From: an uncultured Alphaproteobacteria bacterium
GTDB lineage: Bacteria > Pseudomonadota > Alphaproteobacteria > Sphingomonadales > Sphingomonadaceae
Reading direction: 5' to 3'
DNA: 64,000 bases
NCBI GenBank assembly: GCA_963826805.1
Contig: CAWGYE010000004.1
Location: 405,571 to 469,570 of the forward strand
Below the pieces are notes generated by a model. It made no database searches. It saw only the letters and a list, made by a program, of their open reading frames with translations, and had not been told where the DNA came from. The position numbers and the translations under genes are program-made. Positions 48,930 through 59,665 of this stretch are shown one piece after another. Each line of letters begins with the position of its first letter. Within the stretch, counting starts at the first letter, position 1.

Positions 48930-49684
48930 CGCCCGCATCCCTTGCAGGCCGGGTCCTTGGCGATGCGGATCGTGCGCATCGCCGGAGCGAGCCCGTCGAA
49001 GATATGGAGCTTGCCCGCCGGATCGTCGCCGAAGCCGGCGATCGCGCGGATCGCCTCCAGCGCCGCGAAGCTGCCGGCGATGCCGGCCATGGCGCCGAGC
49101 ACGCCGAGCTCCGCGCAATTGTCGCAATCGTCGGCGTCGAAGGCGTCGCCGACGAAGCAGCGGTAGCAGGGCCGCTCCGCCTCCCAGCCGCGGAACGTCC
49201 CGACCTGCGCCTGGAAGCGGCCGATCGCGGCCGAGACCAAGGGAATGCGCGCCGCCGTGCAATGGTCCGAGACGACGAGGCGGGTCGCGAAATTGTCCGA
49301 GCCGTCGAGGACCAGATCGGCGCCGGCGAGCAGCGCGGCGACGTTGCCGGTCGTAAGGCGCGCCGCCTTGCCCTCGAATGCGACGTCGGGATTGAGCCGG
49401 GCGACGGCCTCGCCCGCGACCTCGGTCTTTCGGACGGCCGACGTCGGCGCGTGCCGAACAGCACCTGGCGCTGGAGGTTGTCGAGCGTCACTTCGTCGTC
49501 GTCGATGACCCGAAGCGTGCCGACGCCCGCCGCGGCCAGATACTGGATCGCCGGCGCGCCGATCCCGCCCGCGCCGACGAGCGCGACGGTCGCGGCGAGC
49601 AGCCTTTGCTGGCCCTCGCCGCCAATCTCCCTGAGGACGATGTGGCGGGCGTAGCGGTCGAGCTGTTGCGTCGCGGAGGGTCAC
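48926..49684 (-). CDS. HesA/MoeB/ThiF family adenylyltransferase (several indels)
   Basis: Across frames: [49 protein letters not shown]. Confidence 0.85.
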   Translation of the reverse strand: MTLRDATARPLRPPHRPQGDWRRGPAKAARRDRRARRRGRDRRAGDPVSGRGGRRHASGHRRRRSDARQPPAPGAVRHAPTSAVRKTEVAGEAVARLNPDVAFEGKAARLTTGNVAALLAGADLVLDGSDNFATRLVVSDHCTAARIPLVSAAIGRFQAQVGTFRGWEAERPCYRCFVGDAFDADDCDNCAELGVLGAMAGIAGSFAALEAIRAIAGFGDDPAGKLHIFDGLAPAMRTIRIAKDPACKGCGR

Positions 49685-49688
49685 CCGG

Positions 49689-50120
49689 TCACCGGCCGGT
49701 CGAGCCGAAGCCGCCGATCCCGCGCGCGGTCCCGTCGAGATCCTCGACCTCGGCGAAGCCGGCGCGGAGCACCGGGGCGGGAATGAGCTGCGCGATGCGG
49801 TCGCCGCGGCCGATCTCGAACGGCTCGGCGCCGAGATTGACCAGCACCACCATCAGCTCGCCGCGATAGTCGGAATCGATCGTGCCGGTGAGGCAGGTGA
49901 TGCCGTTCCTGACCGCCGTGCCCGAGCGCGAGCGGACCTGCACCTCGTAGCCGTGCGGGATCGCCATCGCGATGCCGGTCCGCACCGGGTGGCGGGCGCC
50001 GGGCGCCAGCGTCACGTCCTCGGCCGAGACCACGTCGAGCCCGACCGCATGCTCGGATCCGTAGGCGGGCAGCGGCAGGCCTTCGCCATGGGGCAGCCGC
50101 TTCACCCTGATCTCGATCAT
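49689..50120 (-). CDS. dut: dUTP diphosphatase
   Basis: [33 protein letters not shown]. Confidence 0.95.
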   Translation of the reverse strand: MIEIRVKRLPHGEGLPLPAYGSEHAVGLDVVSAEDVTLAPGARHPVRTGIAMAIPHGYEVQVRSRSGTAVRNGITCLTGTIDSDYRGELMVVLVNLGAEPFEIGRGDRIAQLIPAPVLRAGFAEVEDLDGTARGIGGFGSTGR

Positions 50121-51296
50121 CTCAGCGCCTCGGCGATCCGCGGCGGCGAGCCGGCGCGCGACCTCGGCCTTGGACATGTGCTCCCAGCTTTCGGTGCCGT
50201 CCGCGGTGATCAGGTGGACTGCGTTGTCGTCGCCGCCCATCACCTCGCCGGAGACGTCGTTGGCGACGATCCAGTCGGCGCCCTTGCGCGCCCGCTTGGC
50301 GGCGGCTGCGTCCGCGACATTGGCGGTCTCGGCGGCGAAGCCGACGAGCAGGCGCGGCCGCGCCGCGCAGCCGGCGAGGTCGGCGAGGATGTCGGGCGTG
50401 CGCTGCCAGTCGAGCGCCGGCGGCCCGTCTTCCTTCTTGAGCTTGCCGGCGGCGGGCTCGACCCGCCAGTCGGCGACCGCGGCGACCAGCACGGCGGCGT
50501 CGGCGGGAAGCGCGGCGGCGACGGCGTCGCTCCATCTGCTGCGCCGTCTCGACGTCGATGCGCGTCACGCCGGCGGGCGTCATCGAGGCTCACCGGCCCG
50601 GCGACCAGGGTGACGCGCGCGCCGAGATCGGCCAGCGCCTCGGCGATGGCGAAGCCCTGCTTGCCCGACGAGCGGTTGGCGATCACGCGGACCGGGTCGA
50701 TCGGCTCGTGGGTCGGGCCGGCGGTGACGATGACGTGCCGGCCGGCGAGCGGCCCCGGCCCGCCCAGCGCCTCTTCGATCGCGGCGAGGATCGCCTCGGG
50801 CTCGGGCAGCCGGCCCGGGCCATATTCGCCGCAGGCCATCTCGCCTTCGTCGGGCTCCATGACGGTGACGCCGTCGGCGCGCAGCCGCGCGACGTTGCGC
50901 CGCGTCGCCTCGTGCCGCCACATGCGCACGTTCATCGCCGGGCGGCGAGCACCTTCTTGTCGGTGGCGAGCAGCAGAGTGGTGGCGAGATCGTCGGCGAT
51001 CCCGCCCGCCATCTTCGCCAGCAGGTCGGCCGTCGCCGGGCAGACGACGACGAGGTCCGCCTCGCGCGACAGCTGGATATGGCCCATCTCGGCCTCGTCC
51101 TTGAGATCCCACAGGCTGGTGTGGACGCGCTGCTCGGAGAGCGCGGCGAGCGTCATCGGGGTGATGAACTGCGCGCCGCCCGCGGTCAGCACGCAGCGCA
51201 CCTGCCGCCGGCCTTGCGGATCAGCCGGATCAGCTCGCACGCCTTGTAGGCGGCGATGCCGCCGCCGACGATCAAGAGGATGCGCTTTCCCCGCAT
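50117..51296 (-). CDS. coaBC: CoaBC PPC decarboxylase / PPC synthetase (several indels)
   Basis: Across frames: [61 protein letters not shown]. Confidence 0.92.
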
Positions 51297-51300
51297 CCCC

Positions 51301-52833
51301 CTAAACTAGGAAGTAGACCGCGGCAGCGCCAGCCGCCGCCGACAGCAGCGAGGCGAGCAGCACCGGCCACAGGCGATGCGGCCGCACCACGGCGATCTCG
51401 CGCAGCGGCCGCGCCGGCGGCGCGGCGCCGGGCGGCGGATAATAATGGTCGAGGCGGCGGATCAGATCGGGGAGCTTGCGCAGCAGCCGCACGGTGCGGA
51501 CGATCTCGTCGGCGATCCGCGCCTCCGGCCCGAGCTCGGCGCGCACCCATTCGGTGAGGAACGGCTCGGCGGTCTCCCACATGTTGATGTCGGGATCGAG
51601 CGCGGCGGCGACGCCTTCCTCCATCACCATCGTCTTCTGCAGCAGCAGGAGGTGCGGCTGGGTCGGCATGTCGAAGTCGCGGGTGATCTTGAACAGGCCC
51701 TCGAGCATCTGGCCGAGCGAGACATCCTTGGCCGCCATCCCGCGCATCGGCTCGCCGACGGCGCGGAGCGCGGTGGCGAACTCCGCGATGCTGTGGTGCG
51801 GCGGCACATATTGCGCCTCGAAATGGATTTCGGCGACGCGGCGGTAATTGCCGGTCAGGAGGCCGTAGAGGATCTCGGCGAGCCAGACCCGCGCCTGGCG
51901 GTCGATCCGGCCCATGATCCCGAAATCGATCGCCGCGAGCCGGCCGTCGGGCAGGGCGAAGAGGTTGCCCTGGTGAAGGTCGGCATGGAAGAAGCCGTCG
52001 ACCACCGCCTGCTTGAGGAAGGCGCGGACGAGGTTGGCGGCGAGCGCCTTCACGTCGTGGCCGGCGGCGATCAGGGCGGCGCGGTCGGTCAGCTTGATGC
52101 CGTCGATCCATTCCAGCGTCAGCACCCGCCGGGCGGTGCGGCTCCAGTCGATCTCGGGCACGAAGAAGCCCGATCTCGGCGACCAGATTCTCCCGAGCTC
52201 CGAGGCCGAGGCCGCTTCCTGGCGCAGGTCGAGCTCGCGGCTGGTCCAGTGCCGGAAGGTCTCGACGACCAGCCGGGGCCTGAGGCGCGCCGCCTCGCCG
52301 CCCATCGATTCGACCTGCGCCGCCGCCCATTCGTAGGTCTCGATGGCGGCGGCGAAATCCTCCTCGATATGCGGGCGCAGCACCTTGACCGCGACCGGCT
52401 TGCCCTCGGTGGTGACGGCGCGGTGGACCTGGGCGATCGAGGCGGCGCCGACGGGCTCTGGGTCGACCTCCGAGAAGACCTCGTGAAGCGGCCGGCCGAG
52501 TCCCTGCTCGATCGCCGCCTTGATCGCCTCGAACGGAGCCGGCGGCAGGCTGTCCTGGAGCAAGGCGAGATCGTGCGCCGCTTCCTCGCCGACCAGATCG
52601 GGGCGGGTGGCCAGCGCCTGGCCGAGCTTGATCGCGGCCGGGCCGATGTCCTGGAAGGCCTCGGCATAGGTCGGCACGGCGGGGACGCGCGCGCCGAAGC
52701 GGGCGAGCCTGGCGAGGCGCCGTACCGGCGGCGGCGTGTTGGGGTCGCGCTCGATGCCCCTCAGCGCGCCGTGTCGCGCCAGCACCCGGCCCCATTTGAG
52801 GAGGCGCCAGATATGGACGATCGCGTGGGTCAA
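51301..52833 (-). CDS. ubiB: Ubiquinone biosynthesis kinase-like protein UbiB
   Basis: IKLGQALATRPD, AASIAQVH, VAVKVLRP, FFHADLHQGN, DFGIMG. Confidence 0.95.
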   Translation of the reverse strand: MTHAIVHIWRLLKWGRVLARHGALRGIERDPNTPPPVRRLARLARFGARVPAVPTYAEAFQDIGPAAIKLGQALATRPDLVGEEAAHDLALLQDSLPPAPFEAIKAAIEQGLGRPLHEVFSEVDPEPVGAASIAQVHRAVTTEGKPVAVKVLRPHIEEDFAAAIETYEWAAAQVESMGGEAARLRPRLVVETFRHWTSRELDLRQEAASASELGRIWSPRSGFFVPEIDWSRTARRVLTLEWIDGIKLTDRAALIAAGHDVKALAANLVRAFLKQAVVDGFFHADLHQGNLFALPDGRLAAIDFGIMGRIDRQARVWLAEILYGLLTGNYRRVAEIHFEAQYVPPHHSIAEFATALRAVGEPMRGMAAKDVSLGQMLEGLFKITRDFDMPTQPHLLLLQKTMVMEEGVAAALDPDINMWETAEPFLTEWVRAELGPEARIADEIVRTVRLLRKLPDLIRRLDHYYPPPGAAPPARPLREIAVVRPHRLWPVLLASLLSAAAGAAAVYFLV

Positions 52834-53558
52834 ATCTTCCAGCCGCTGTGGATGGCGACGAGGCCGCCGAGAATCGGCTCGGCCTTCACGTTACGGAAGC
52901 CGGCGGCCCCGATCATCTTCGCGAACGCCGCCATGTCGGGGAAGCGCTCGATCAATTCGACCAGATAGCGATAGCTGTCCTCGTCGCTCGCCACCGCCTT
53001 GCCGATCCTCGGCACGACGTGGCGCGCATAGCTCTCGTAGAGCGTGGCGAAGCCCGGCCAGCGGGTCTGCGAGAATTCGAGGCAGAAGAAGCGGCCTCCC
53101 GTCTTCAGCACGCGGTGCGCCTCGCCGAGGGCCGCGGCGATATCGGTGACATTCCTGATCCCGAAGGCGATCGTGTAGGCATCGAAGCTGCGGTCGGGGA
53201 AGCTCAGCGCCTCCGCATTCTCCTCGGCCCAGGCGAGGCCCTCGATGCCGCGCGCCCCCGCCCGCTCCCTGCCGACCGCGAGCATCTCCGGATTGATGTC
53301 GGCGACGGTGACGCGGGCGCCGGCGCCGGCGAGGCGGAAGGCGACGTCGCCGGTGCCGCCGGCCATGTCGAGGATCGCCTCGTCCTTGCGCGGCCGCACG
53401 CGGCGGACGAAGGCGTGCTTCCACAGGCGATGCTGGCCGCCCGACATCAGATCGTTCATCAGGTCGTAGCGCGACGCGACCGAGGAGAAGACGCCACGCA
53501 CCCGCCGCGTCTTTTCCTCAGGGCTGACGTCCTCGCGGCCGAAAGAGACCTTGTCCAT
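52830..53558 (-). CDS. ubiE: UbiE C-methyltransferase
   Basis: VFSSVASRYDLMND, LDMAGGTGD, AFGIRNV, CLEFS. Confidence 0.95.
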   Translation of the reverse strand: MDKVSFGREDVSPEEKTRRVRGVFSSVASRYDLMNDLMSGGQHRLWKHAFVRRVRPRKDEAILDMAGGTGDVAFRLAGAGARVTVADINPEMLAVGRERAGARGIEGLAWAEENAEALSFPDRSFDAYTIAFGIRNVTDIAAALGEAHRVLKTGGRFFCLEFSQTRWPGFATLYESYARHVVPRIGKAVASDEDSYRYLVELIERFPDMAAFAKMIGAAGFRNVKAEPILGGLVAIHSGWKI

Positions 53559-53596
53559 CGCGCCGCGCTCTAGCAGGGGAGGGGGCATGGTGGAAC

Positions 53597-54409
53597 ATGC
53601 CTGAGCTTCCCGAGGTCGAGACCACCCTGCGCGGGCTTGAGCCCGTGCTCGAAGGCAGGCGGATCGAGTCGTTCGAGCTGCGGCGTCCGGACCTGCGCCG
53701 GCCGTTCCCGCCGGACCTGCGCCAGCGGATGACCGGGGCGCGCGTCACCGGCCTGGGGCGGCGGGCGAAATACGGGCTGGTCGAGACCGACCGCGGCGAC
53801 ACGATGATCTTCCACCTCGGCATGTCGGGAAGCTGGCGCGTCGATCCGAGCGAGATCGGGAAGCACGATCATGTCGTCGTCGAGACCGAGGACGGCCGCC
53901 GCCTCGCGCTCAACGACCATCGCCGCTTCGGCTTCATCGACATCGTGCGGACCGAGGAGATCGCCGCCTACGGGCCGTTCGCGGCCATGGGGCCGGAGCC
54001 GCTCGGCGATGGCTTCGACGGCGCCTATCTGGCGCGCGCGCTGGAGGGCCGCGCGGCCCCGGTCAAGGCGCTGTTGCTCGACCAGAGGATCGTGGCGGGG
54101 CTCGGCAACATCTATGTCTGCGAGGCGCTGCATCTGGCCGGGATCGCGCCGGGCCGGGCCGGCGGCCATATCGCCCGCGCCCGGCTCGACGCGCTCGCCG
54201 AGGCGGTGAAGGCGGTGCTCATTGCCGCGATCGCCGCCGGCGGATCGAGCCTGCGCGACTATGTCCAGCCCAATGGCGAGCTCGGCTATTTCTCTCACGC
54301 CTGGCGAGTCTACGGGCGGGAAGGGGCGGCCTGCGCTTGCGGCGCGGTGATTCGCCGGCGCGCCAACTCGGGGCGCTCGACCTTCTACTGCCCGAAATGC
54401 CAGCGCTGA
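53597..54409 (+). CDS. mutM: Formamidopyrimidine-DNA glycosylase
   Basis: MPELPEVET, HLGMSG, GLGNIY, C-terminal CPKCQ zinc finger. Confidence 0.97.
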   Translation: MPELPEVETTLRGLEPVLEGRRIESFELRRPDLRRPFPPDLRQRMTGARVTGLGRRAKYGLVETDRGDTMIFHLGMSGSWRVDPSEIGKHDHVVVETEDGRRLALNDHRRFGFIDIVRTEEIAAYGPFAAMGPEPLGDGFDGAYLARALEGRAAPVKALLLDQRIVAGLGNIYVCEALHLAGIAPGRAGGHIARARLDALAEAVKAVLIAAIAAGGSSLRDYVQPNGELGYFSHAWRVYGREGAACACGAVIRRRANSGRSTFYCPKCQR

Positions 54410-54504
54410 CGCCTTGACCTCGACGCTCTCTCAACGTAGAGGGCGCCCCCTGAGCGGGTGCGGCCGGGCCGCGCCCTTTTCATTTGAGATACGAGGCAAA
54501 CCAG

Positions 54505-54768
54505 ATGGCGAACACGCCGCAAGCAAAGAAGCGCATCCGCCGCAACGCCAAGCGCGCCGACATCAACCGCGCCCGCGTCAGCCGCATCCGCACCTTCGTC
54601 AAGCAGGCCGAATCGGCGCTGGCGTCCGGCGACAAGAACGAGGCCCAGGCGGCGCTGGCGCGGGTCCAGCCCGAGCTGTCGCGGGGCGTCGCCCGCGGCG
54701 TGCTGCACAAGAACACCGCGGCCCGGAAATTGTCGCGGCTGACGCGCCGTCTCGCGACGCTCGGCTAA
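54505..54768 (+). CDS. rpsT: 30S ribosomal protein S20
   Basis: [26 protein letters not shown]. Confidence 0.97.
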   Translation: MANTPQAKKRIRRNAKRADINRARVSRIRTFVKQAESALASGDKNEAQAALARVQPELSRGVARGVLHKNTAARKLSRLTRRLATLG

Positions 54769-54863
54769 GCCGTTCTAACTGCGGGACGAGGTCGCCCGCC
54801 AGCTGCGCGTCGGCGGTTTTTCGTGCCTGCGAAACGCAGTTGCGAAATCCAAGGATTTCCCGC

Positions 54864-55045
54864 GATTCGCGCCATGCTGCGCAGCGCAAGCCGTCGTAAG
54901 CTATTGATTCATAATGCCTTCATTTGCGAAGGCACGCAGTTCCGCCGTTTTTCACGAGTCAATAGATTTAATTTTTATTACGGTTTTTTTTCGGCTTGAT
55001 CCGACTCGCGCGCGGTTCCAAAACAACCCTCCGGCGGGACGAATC
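54864..55045 (+). promoter_or_regulatory. AT-rich dnaA upstream region with clustered GANTC sites
   Basis: GANTC at 54864, 54906, 54956, 55003 and 55041. Confidence 0.55.
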
Positions 55046-55171
55046 TTTCGCCGGCACACAGCAAAAACACAAGGTGCAGCGGCTTGCCGGGGGCGGCTTT
55101 CCGCGCGGGGGAGTTTTGCGCTGAGAACGAGCCGCCACGACGCGGCCAAGAGGATGAGGGGTGCGCGCGCG

Positions 55172-56576
55172 GTGCAGACGGCGGCTGACGGGACGGCGGT
55201 AAAAGTGGACACGGACATGGGCGATTCGATCGCGGCGGCGTGGGAGTCGATTCGCGCGAGCCTGCGCCGCGATTGCGGCGCCCGCACCTTCGACGGCTGG
55301 CTGCGCCCGATCGCGCTCGGCGACTTCGACCGCGACAGCGGCGCGCTCCGGCTGCAGCTGCCCTCCCAGTTCATGGCCGATTGGGTGCAGACCCATTTCG
55401 CCGAGCGGCTCGCTTTGGCCTGGAAGGCCCGGGTGCCCGAGGTCCGCCAGATCAGGATCGGCGTCGGCCCGGGCGCGCCCAACACCGCCGCCCTGGTCGA
55501 GATCCCGGCGCCGCGAGCCGGAGCGCGAGGCCAAGGTCCCGCCGGGCCTCTATTCGGTCGCGCTCGAGCCGCGCTACCGGTTCGAGAATTTCGTGGTCGG
55601 CAAGGCCAACGAGGTCGCGTTCAACGCCGCCCACACGCTCGCCACCGCCGACAAGGTGGCGTTCAACCCCTTGTTCATCCACGGCGGCACCGGCCGCGGC
55701 AAGACCCACCTGCTGCACGCGATCGGCCACGAATATCATCGCCTGCACCCGCGCGCGAAGATCATCTACATGTCGGCCGAGAAGTTCATGGTCGAGTTCG
55801 TCGCGGCGCTGCGCGCCAACGAGACCATCCAGTTCAAGCAGCAGCTGCGCTCGGCCGACCTGCTGATGATCGACGACGTCCAGTTCATCGCCGGCAAGGA
55901 ATTGACCCAGGAAGAATTCTTCCACACGATGAACGAGATCATCTCGGCCGGCCGGCGCCTCGCGATCAGCTCCGACCGGGCGCCGCAGGACCTGGACGGG
56001 ATCGAGCCCAGGATATTGTCGCGGCTCAGCTGGGGCCTGGTCGCCGACATCAACGCCGCCGACCTCGAGCTCCGGCTCAACATCATCACCAAGAAGCTGG
56101 AGCAGCTGCCCGGCGTCGCGGTGCCCGAGGACGTGGTGATGTTCCTCGCCAAGAGGATCAGCTCCAACGTCCGCGAGCTGGAAGGCGCGCTCAACCGGAT
56201 CGCCGCTTACGCGACCATGCAGAACCGGCCGATCGACCTCGATTTCGTCGGCGAGGTGCTCGCCAACATCCTGCGCGCCAACCAGCGCCGCATCTCGATC
56301 GACGAGATCCAGACCCGGGTCTCCGACCATTATCGGATCCGCAAGGCCGAGATGACCTCGGCCCGGCGTGCCCGCGAGGTGGCCCGGCCGCGGCAGGTGG
56401 CGATGTACCTGTCCAAGCAGCTCACCCCGCGCTCGCTCCCCGAGATCGGCCGCCGCTTCGGCGGGCGCGACCACACCACGGTGATCCACGCGGTCCGGCA
56501 GATCGAGAAGCTGCGGGCGATGGACCCGGAGCTCGACTCCGACATCCGCCTGCTCACCCGACAGCTGGAGAGCTGA
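55172..56576 (+). CDS. dnaA: Chromosomal replication initiator DnaA (frameshift near 55515)
   Basis: Domain I TFDGWLRP...PSQFMADWV then frame change to FENFVVG, GGTGRGKTHL, IDDVQF, RELEGA, GGRDHTTV; start 55172 or 55217. Confidence 0.96.
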
Positions 56577-56803
56577 TCGGCGCCCTGTCGGCGGCTTCAT
56601 GGTCGCCCTGTCCGGCTCGGTTCACATTTGCCTCGAAAAACGCCGTGCTGCGCTCACCGCCCTCTGTTCGGGATTAGCGGAAATCCGCGCTTTTCGCCCG
56701 GAATCCGGCGCCAAAAGGGGTTCACGACCTTCACGACTGCCGCCTTTTTCCACTGCACGCCGTCAAACAGCCTGCGCCGCCGCGAATCGCTTCGGCGCGC
56801 TTA

Positions 56804-56818
56804 GAACATAACATGAAC
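56804..56818. promoter_or_regulatory. Alphaproteobacterial LexA-box-like motif
   Basis: GAAC-ATAACAT-GAAC, exact GAAC-N7-GAAC with AT-rich spacer. Confidence 0.6.
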
Positions 56819-56856
56819 ATAGGCTGCGCGAAAGGCCGTTTCGCAAAGCGCCCTGG

Positions 56857-57486
56857 CTAGGCGATCTCGATCTCCTCGGTGACCAGCGCCCGCCGCACCG
56901 CGGGCCGGGCCAGCATCGCTTCCTTGTGGCGGGTCCAGCCGGGCCGGGCGGTCATGTCGAGCCCGATCCGCGTGCCCCAGCGGTAGAAGACAAGCATGTA
57001 GGGATCGGCGATCGAATAGCGCCCGCCGACCACCCAGCGGCCCTCCGCGGCCAGCGTCTCGAGCTCGACGAAACAGGTTTCGACCGCCGCCCGCCCGGCC
57101 GCGACCACCTCCGCGCGCGCCGCCTCGCTAGCGGCGAAGCGCTCCGCGCGCCAGACCTGGGCGAAGGCGACGTGCACGCCGGAAGAGAAGAAGTTGAGCA
57201 GCTCCTGGGTGCGGCCGAGGCGGCCGACGTCGGCAAGGTCGAGCAGCCCCGCTTCCGGGAATCGATGCCCAAGGTAGGCGAGAATGGCCGGGCCCTCGGT
57301 CAGGGTGAAGTCGCCGTCGGTCAGCGCCGGCACGCGGCCGTGCGGGTTGATCGCCAGATAGTCGGGGCTGCGATGCTCGCCCTCGGCGATCATCACCCGC
57401 TTCGCCTCGAACGGCGCGCCGATCTCCTCGAGGACGATGTGCGGCGCGAGCGAGCAGGCGCCCGGCGAATAATAGAGCGTGAGCAT
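56857..57486 (-). CDS. Glutathione S-transferase
   Basis: LYYSPGACSLAPH, INPHGRVPAL, LTEGPAIL, SIADPY. Confidence 0.92.
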   Translation of the reverse strand: MLTLYYSPGACSLAPHIVLEEIGAPFEAKRVMIAEGEHRSPDYLAINPHGRVPALTDGDFTLTEGPAILAYLGHRFPEAGLLDLADVGRLGRTQELLNFFSSGVHVAFAQVWRAERFAASEAARAEVVAAGRAAVETCFVELETLAAEGRWVVGGRYSIADPYMLVFYRWGTRIGLDMTARPGWTRHKEAMLARPAVRRALVTEEIEIA

Positions 57487-57535
57487 GGCGGCCCTCCCTT
57501 GAGAGGGCCGACTTACGCCCGCCGGGGCCGTTCGG

Positions 57536-58204
57536 CTAGCGGGCGGCCTGCTCGCGCTCCGGCATCACCGTGATCCGCACCCGCTCGCCATTGTTGCCCG
57601 GGAAGCCGGTGAACATCGCCTCGATCAGGTTCGGCACCAGCACCGGCAGGTCGTCGGTGCGCGAGCGCGCCTGCGCCAGGCCCTCGAACACCGATTCGCC
57701 GTCGCGGCGGCGGATGTCCATGTCGAGGAAGCTGGTATAGACGGTGTAGCTGGAGACATCGTAGCCGCCGCCCCAGAACGGGTCGTGCCAGCCCCAGAAG
57801 AACGGGCTGCGGTGGCGGCCATAATAGCCGAACCGGCTGAAATAGGGCCGCCCGAAGCCGCGATAGCCGAAGCCGCCGTAGAACGGGTCGGGATGATATT
57901 CGACCCGCTCGCGGCCCTGGTCGACGCCGTAATCGACGGTGACGACGAGCGTCGCGTCGCCCTGCGAGCGCGCCTCCGCATAGCCGAGCGCGGCAAGGTT
58001 GCGGCGGATGTGATCGGCATATTGGGAGAATTCGAGGCTGCCGGCCTTGTCGCGGTCGGCGGGGACGACGACGAAGCTCTGGCCTTGCGGCGCCGGCATC
58101 GCCTGGAAGCGGGAGACCTGCGCCGGGAAGCCGGTCGTGCAGGCGCCGAGCATGAGCAGAGCCGCCGGGGCGGCGAGGATCAGAAACCTCTTCTTGAGAG
58201 ACAT
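57536..58204 (-). CDS. DUF4136-like lipoprotein
   Basis: LGAC lipobox; Gly/Tyr/Trp-rich loop; VFEG, LIEAMFTGFPG. Confidence 0.75.
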   Translation of the reverse strand: MSLKKRFLILAAPAALLMLGACTTGFPAQVSRFQAMPAPQGQSFVVVPADRDKAGSLEFSQYADHIRRNLAALGYAEARSQGDATLVVTVDYGVDQGRERVEYHPDPFYGGFGYRGFGRPYFSRFGYYGRHRSPFFWGWHDPFWGGGYDVSSYTVYTSFLDMDIRRRDGESVFEGLAQARSRTDDLPVLVPNLIEAMFTGFPGNNGERVRITVMPEREQAAR

Positions 58205-58682
58205 GGGACCAAGCCTTTCGTGCAGGAGCTTTGTCCTGAATATAGAACAACTTGCCCCGTTTCGCAAAGTTCCGCTGAACCAAGGATTTACGGGGAGCGC
58301 GGCCCGGCCGGCAGGGGCCGCGAGAAAGCGACGAGATCGCCTCAAAGCTGACGATCCTTGCTCGTTCGTAAGCCCGATTGCGTCAGCTTTGACAGCTTCG
58401 GATCGAGTCGAAGGCGGGCAAAGTGGACAAAGTGGAGGCTTGAACGGCCGTTTCGCACCGAGCAGGAAATGCGGCTTTTCCGGAGCCTCCGCTTCGAAGC
58501 GCGCGCAGGAAACGCTGCGGGATTGACGATCAGAAAGAGCCCGACCGCGACGCCGGTTCTTGCCGGGACTCGAATCGGGCCGGAGCATGACGGGTCAAAT
58601 CCAGCATGTATCCAACAAACGACGATCTGGATTTCCGGCTCCGGGAAGCGCTGATATGCTGTATCGTTCGAAAGGGGACGCG

Positions 58683-58925
58683 ATGCCGGTTGTCTTTCGC
58701 TGGAAGGGCTTTCGCTTCCACTTCTTCTCGAACGAAGGCGATCCGCTCGAACCGGTCCACATCCACGTCAGCAAGGACAATTCCGACGCCAAATTCTGGC
58801 TTCAGCCTGAGGTCGGTGTCGCGTACAATAAGGGCTTCAACGCCCGTACCCTCGTCAGGCTGAGCAAGGTGGTCGAGGAGCGCCGCGAAGAGATTGAGAA
58901 GGCATGGAATGACTATTTCGCCTGA
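58683..58925 (+). CDS. DUF4160 family protein (putative toxin)
   Basis: MPVVFRWKGFRFHFFSNE...EPVHIHV...AKFWL...AWNDYF. Confidence 0.85.
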   Translation: MPVVFRWKGFRFHFFSNEGDPLEPVHIHVSKDNSDAKFWLQPEVGVAYNKGFNARTLVRLSKVVEERREEIEKAWNDYFA

Positions 58926-59178
58926 CGAAAGCGAGGTCCGCGCCACTGGTGTGCGCTTCGAGGGTGATGCGATGTGGGTCGAGCTCGACGACGGTCGCAC
59001 GCTCGGCATTCCGCTCGCCTGGTTCCCTCGCCTCCTTCACGGTACCCCCGAACAGCGCGCCGAGGTCCGGATCAGCCCGAGCGGTCTGCATTGGGAGGCG
59101 CTGGACGAGGATATCTCTATTCGCGGCCTTCTCGCGGGTAGGGGCGATCGGACGTTGTTCAGGAAGCGGGCTGCGTGA
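58909..59178 (+). CDS. DUF2442 family protein (putative antitoxin)
   Basis: VELDDGRTLGIPLAWFPRL, GLHWEALDEDIS; overlaps the DUF4160 gene by 17 nt. Confidence 0.85.
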   Translation: MTISPDESEVRATGVRFEGDAMWVELDDGRTLGIPLAWFPRLLHGTPEQRAEVRISPSGLHWEALDEDISIRGLLAGRGDRTLFRKRAA

Positions 59179-59259
59179 TTATGGGGTTGAGAGCGCTAGA
59201 TCGAAATCGGTGGCAGTCACTCTTCCCGTAATAAGATTTTTGGCTCGGAGTATCTGGCG

Positions 59260-59665
59260 ATGCTTGAGGGGGAAGCGCTATCAAGACGTAGGAAGGCGCT
59301 CGCGGCGGCAGTCCAGGAGATCGAACAGCCACCGCCTCTACGACGACTTAACGGTTTTGGAGTTGGGCTCTATGGCCGGCTGAGCGATCCCCTTCTATCG
59401 GGCGGCTACTGGAAAATATATTGGATTTCAGCGCTTTGGGTTCCGCTCGTCCCTTTAGCTGCTTACCTGGTAACCCCGGTGGGGGATGGTTTCAGATTCT
59501 ACAAGAAGATGGGCCTTGTCGCGTTTCACCGGATCTATGCTCGAAAACTGCCGCTTTTCTATGTGAGCGTTATTGCTGAAATCGGCAGTATTAATTCTTG
59601 TGGTGGCGATTGCCGTTGTCGCGGCCATTTTCGCCATGCTCGGCCTGCGCAGCCTTCTTGGATAG
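59260..59665 (+). CDS. Hypothetical membrane protein, low GC (1-nt indel near 59580)
   Basis: NGFGVGLYG...WVPLVPLAAYLV; removing one A gives a C-terminal hydrophobic helix AVLILVVAIAVVAAIFAMLG and stop at 59665. Confidence 0.6.

Noticed and set aside
45943-55904. TTG recoded as Ser
   Set aside because: GAATTG encodes conserved Leu elsewhere (PELF in PaaC and AguB), so a context-specific sequencing error is simpler
54769-56856. oriC beside dnaA
   Set aside because: AT-rich, but I found no cluster of TTATCCACA-like boxes; alphaproteobacterial origins are often away from dnaA
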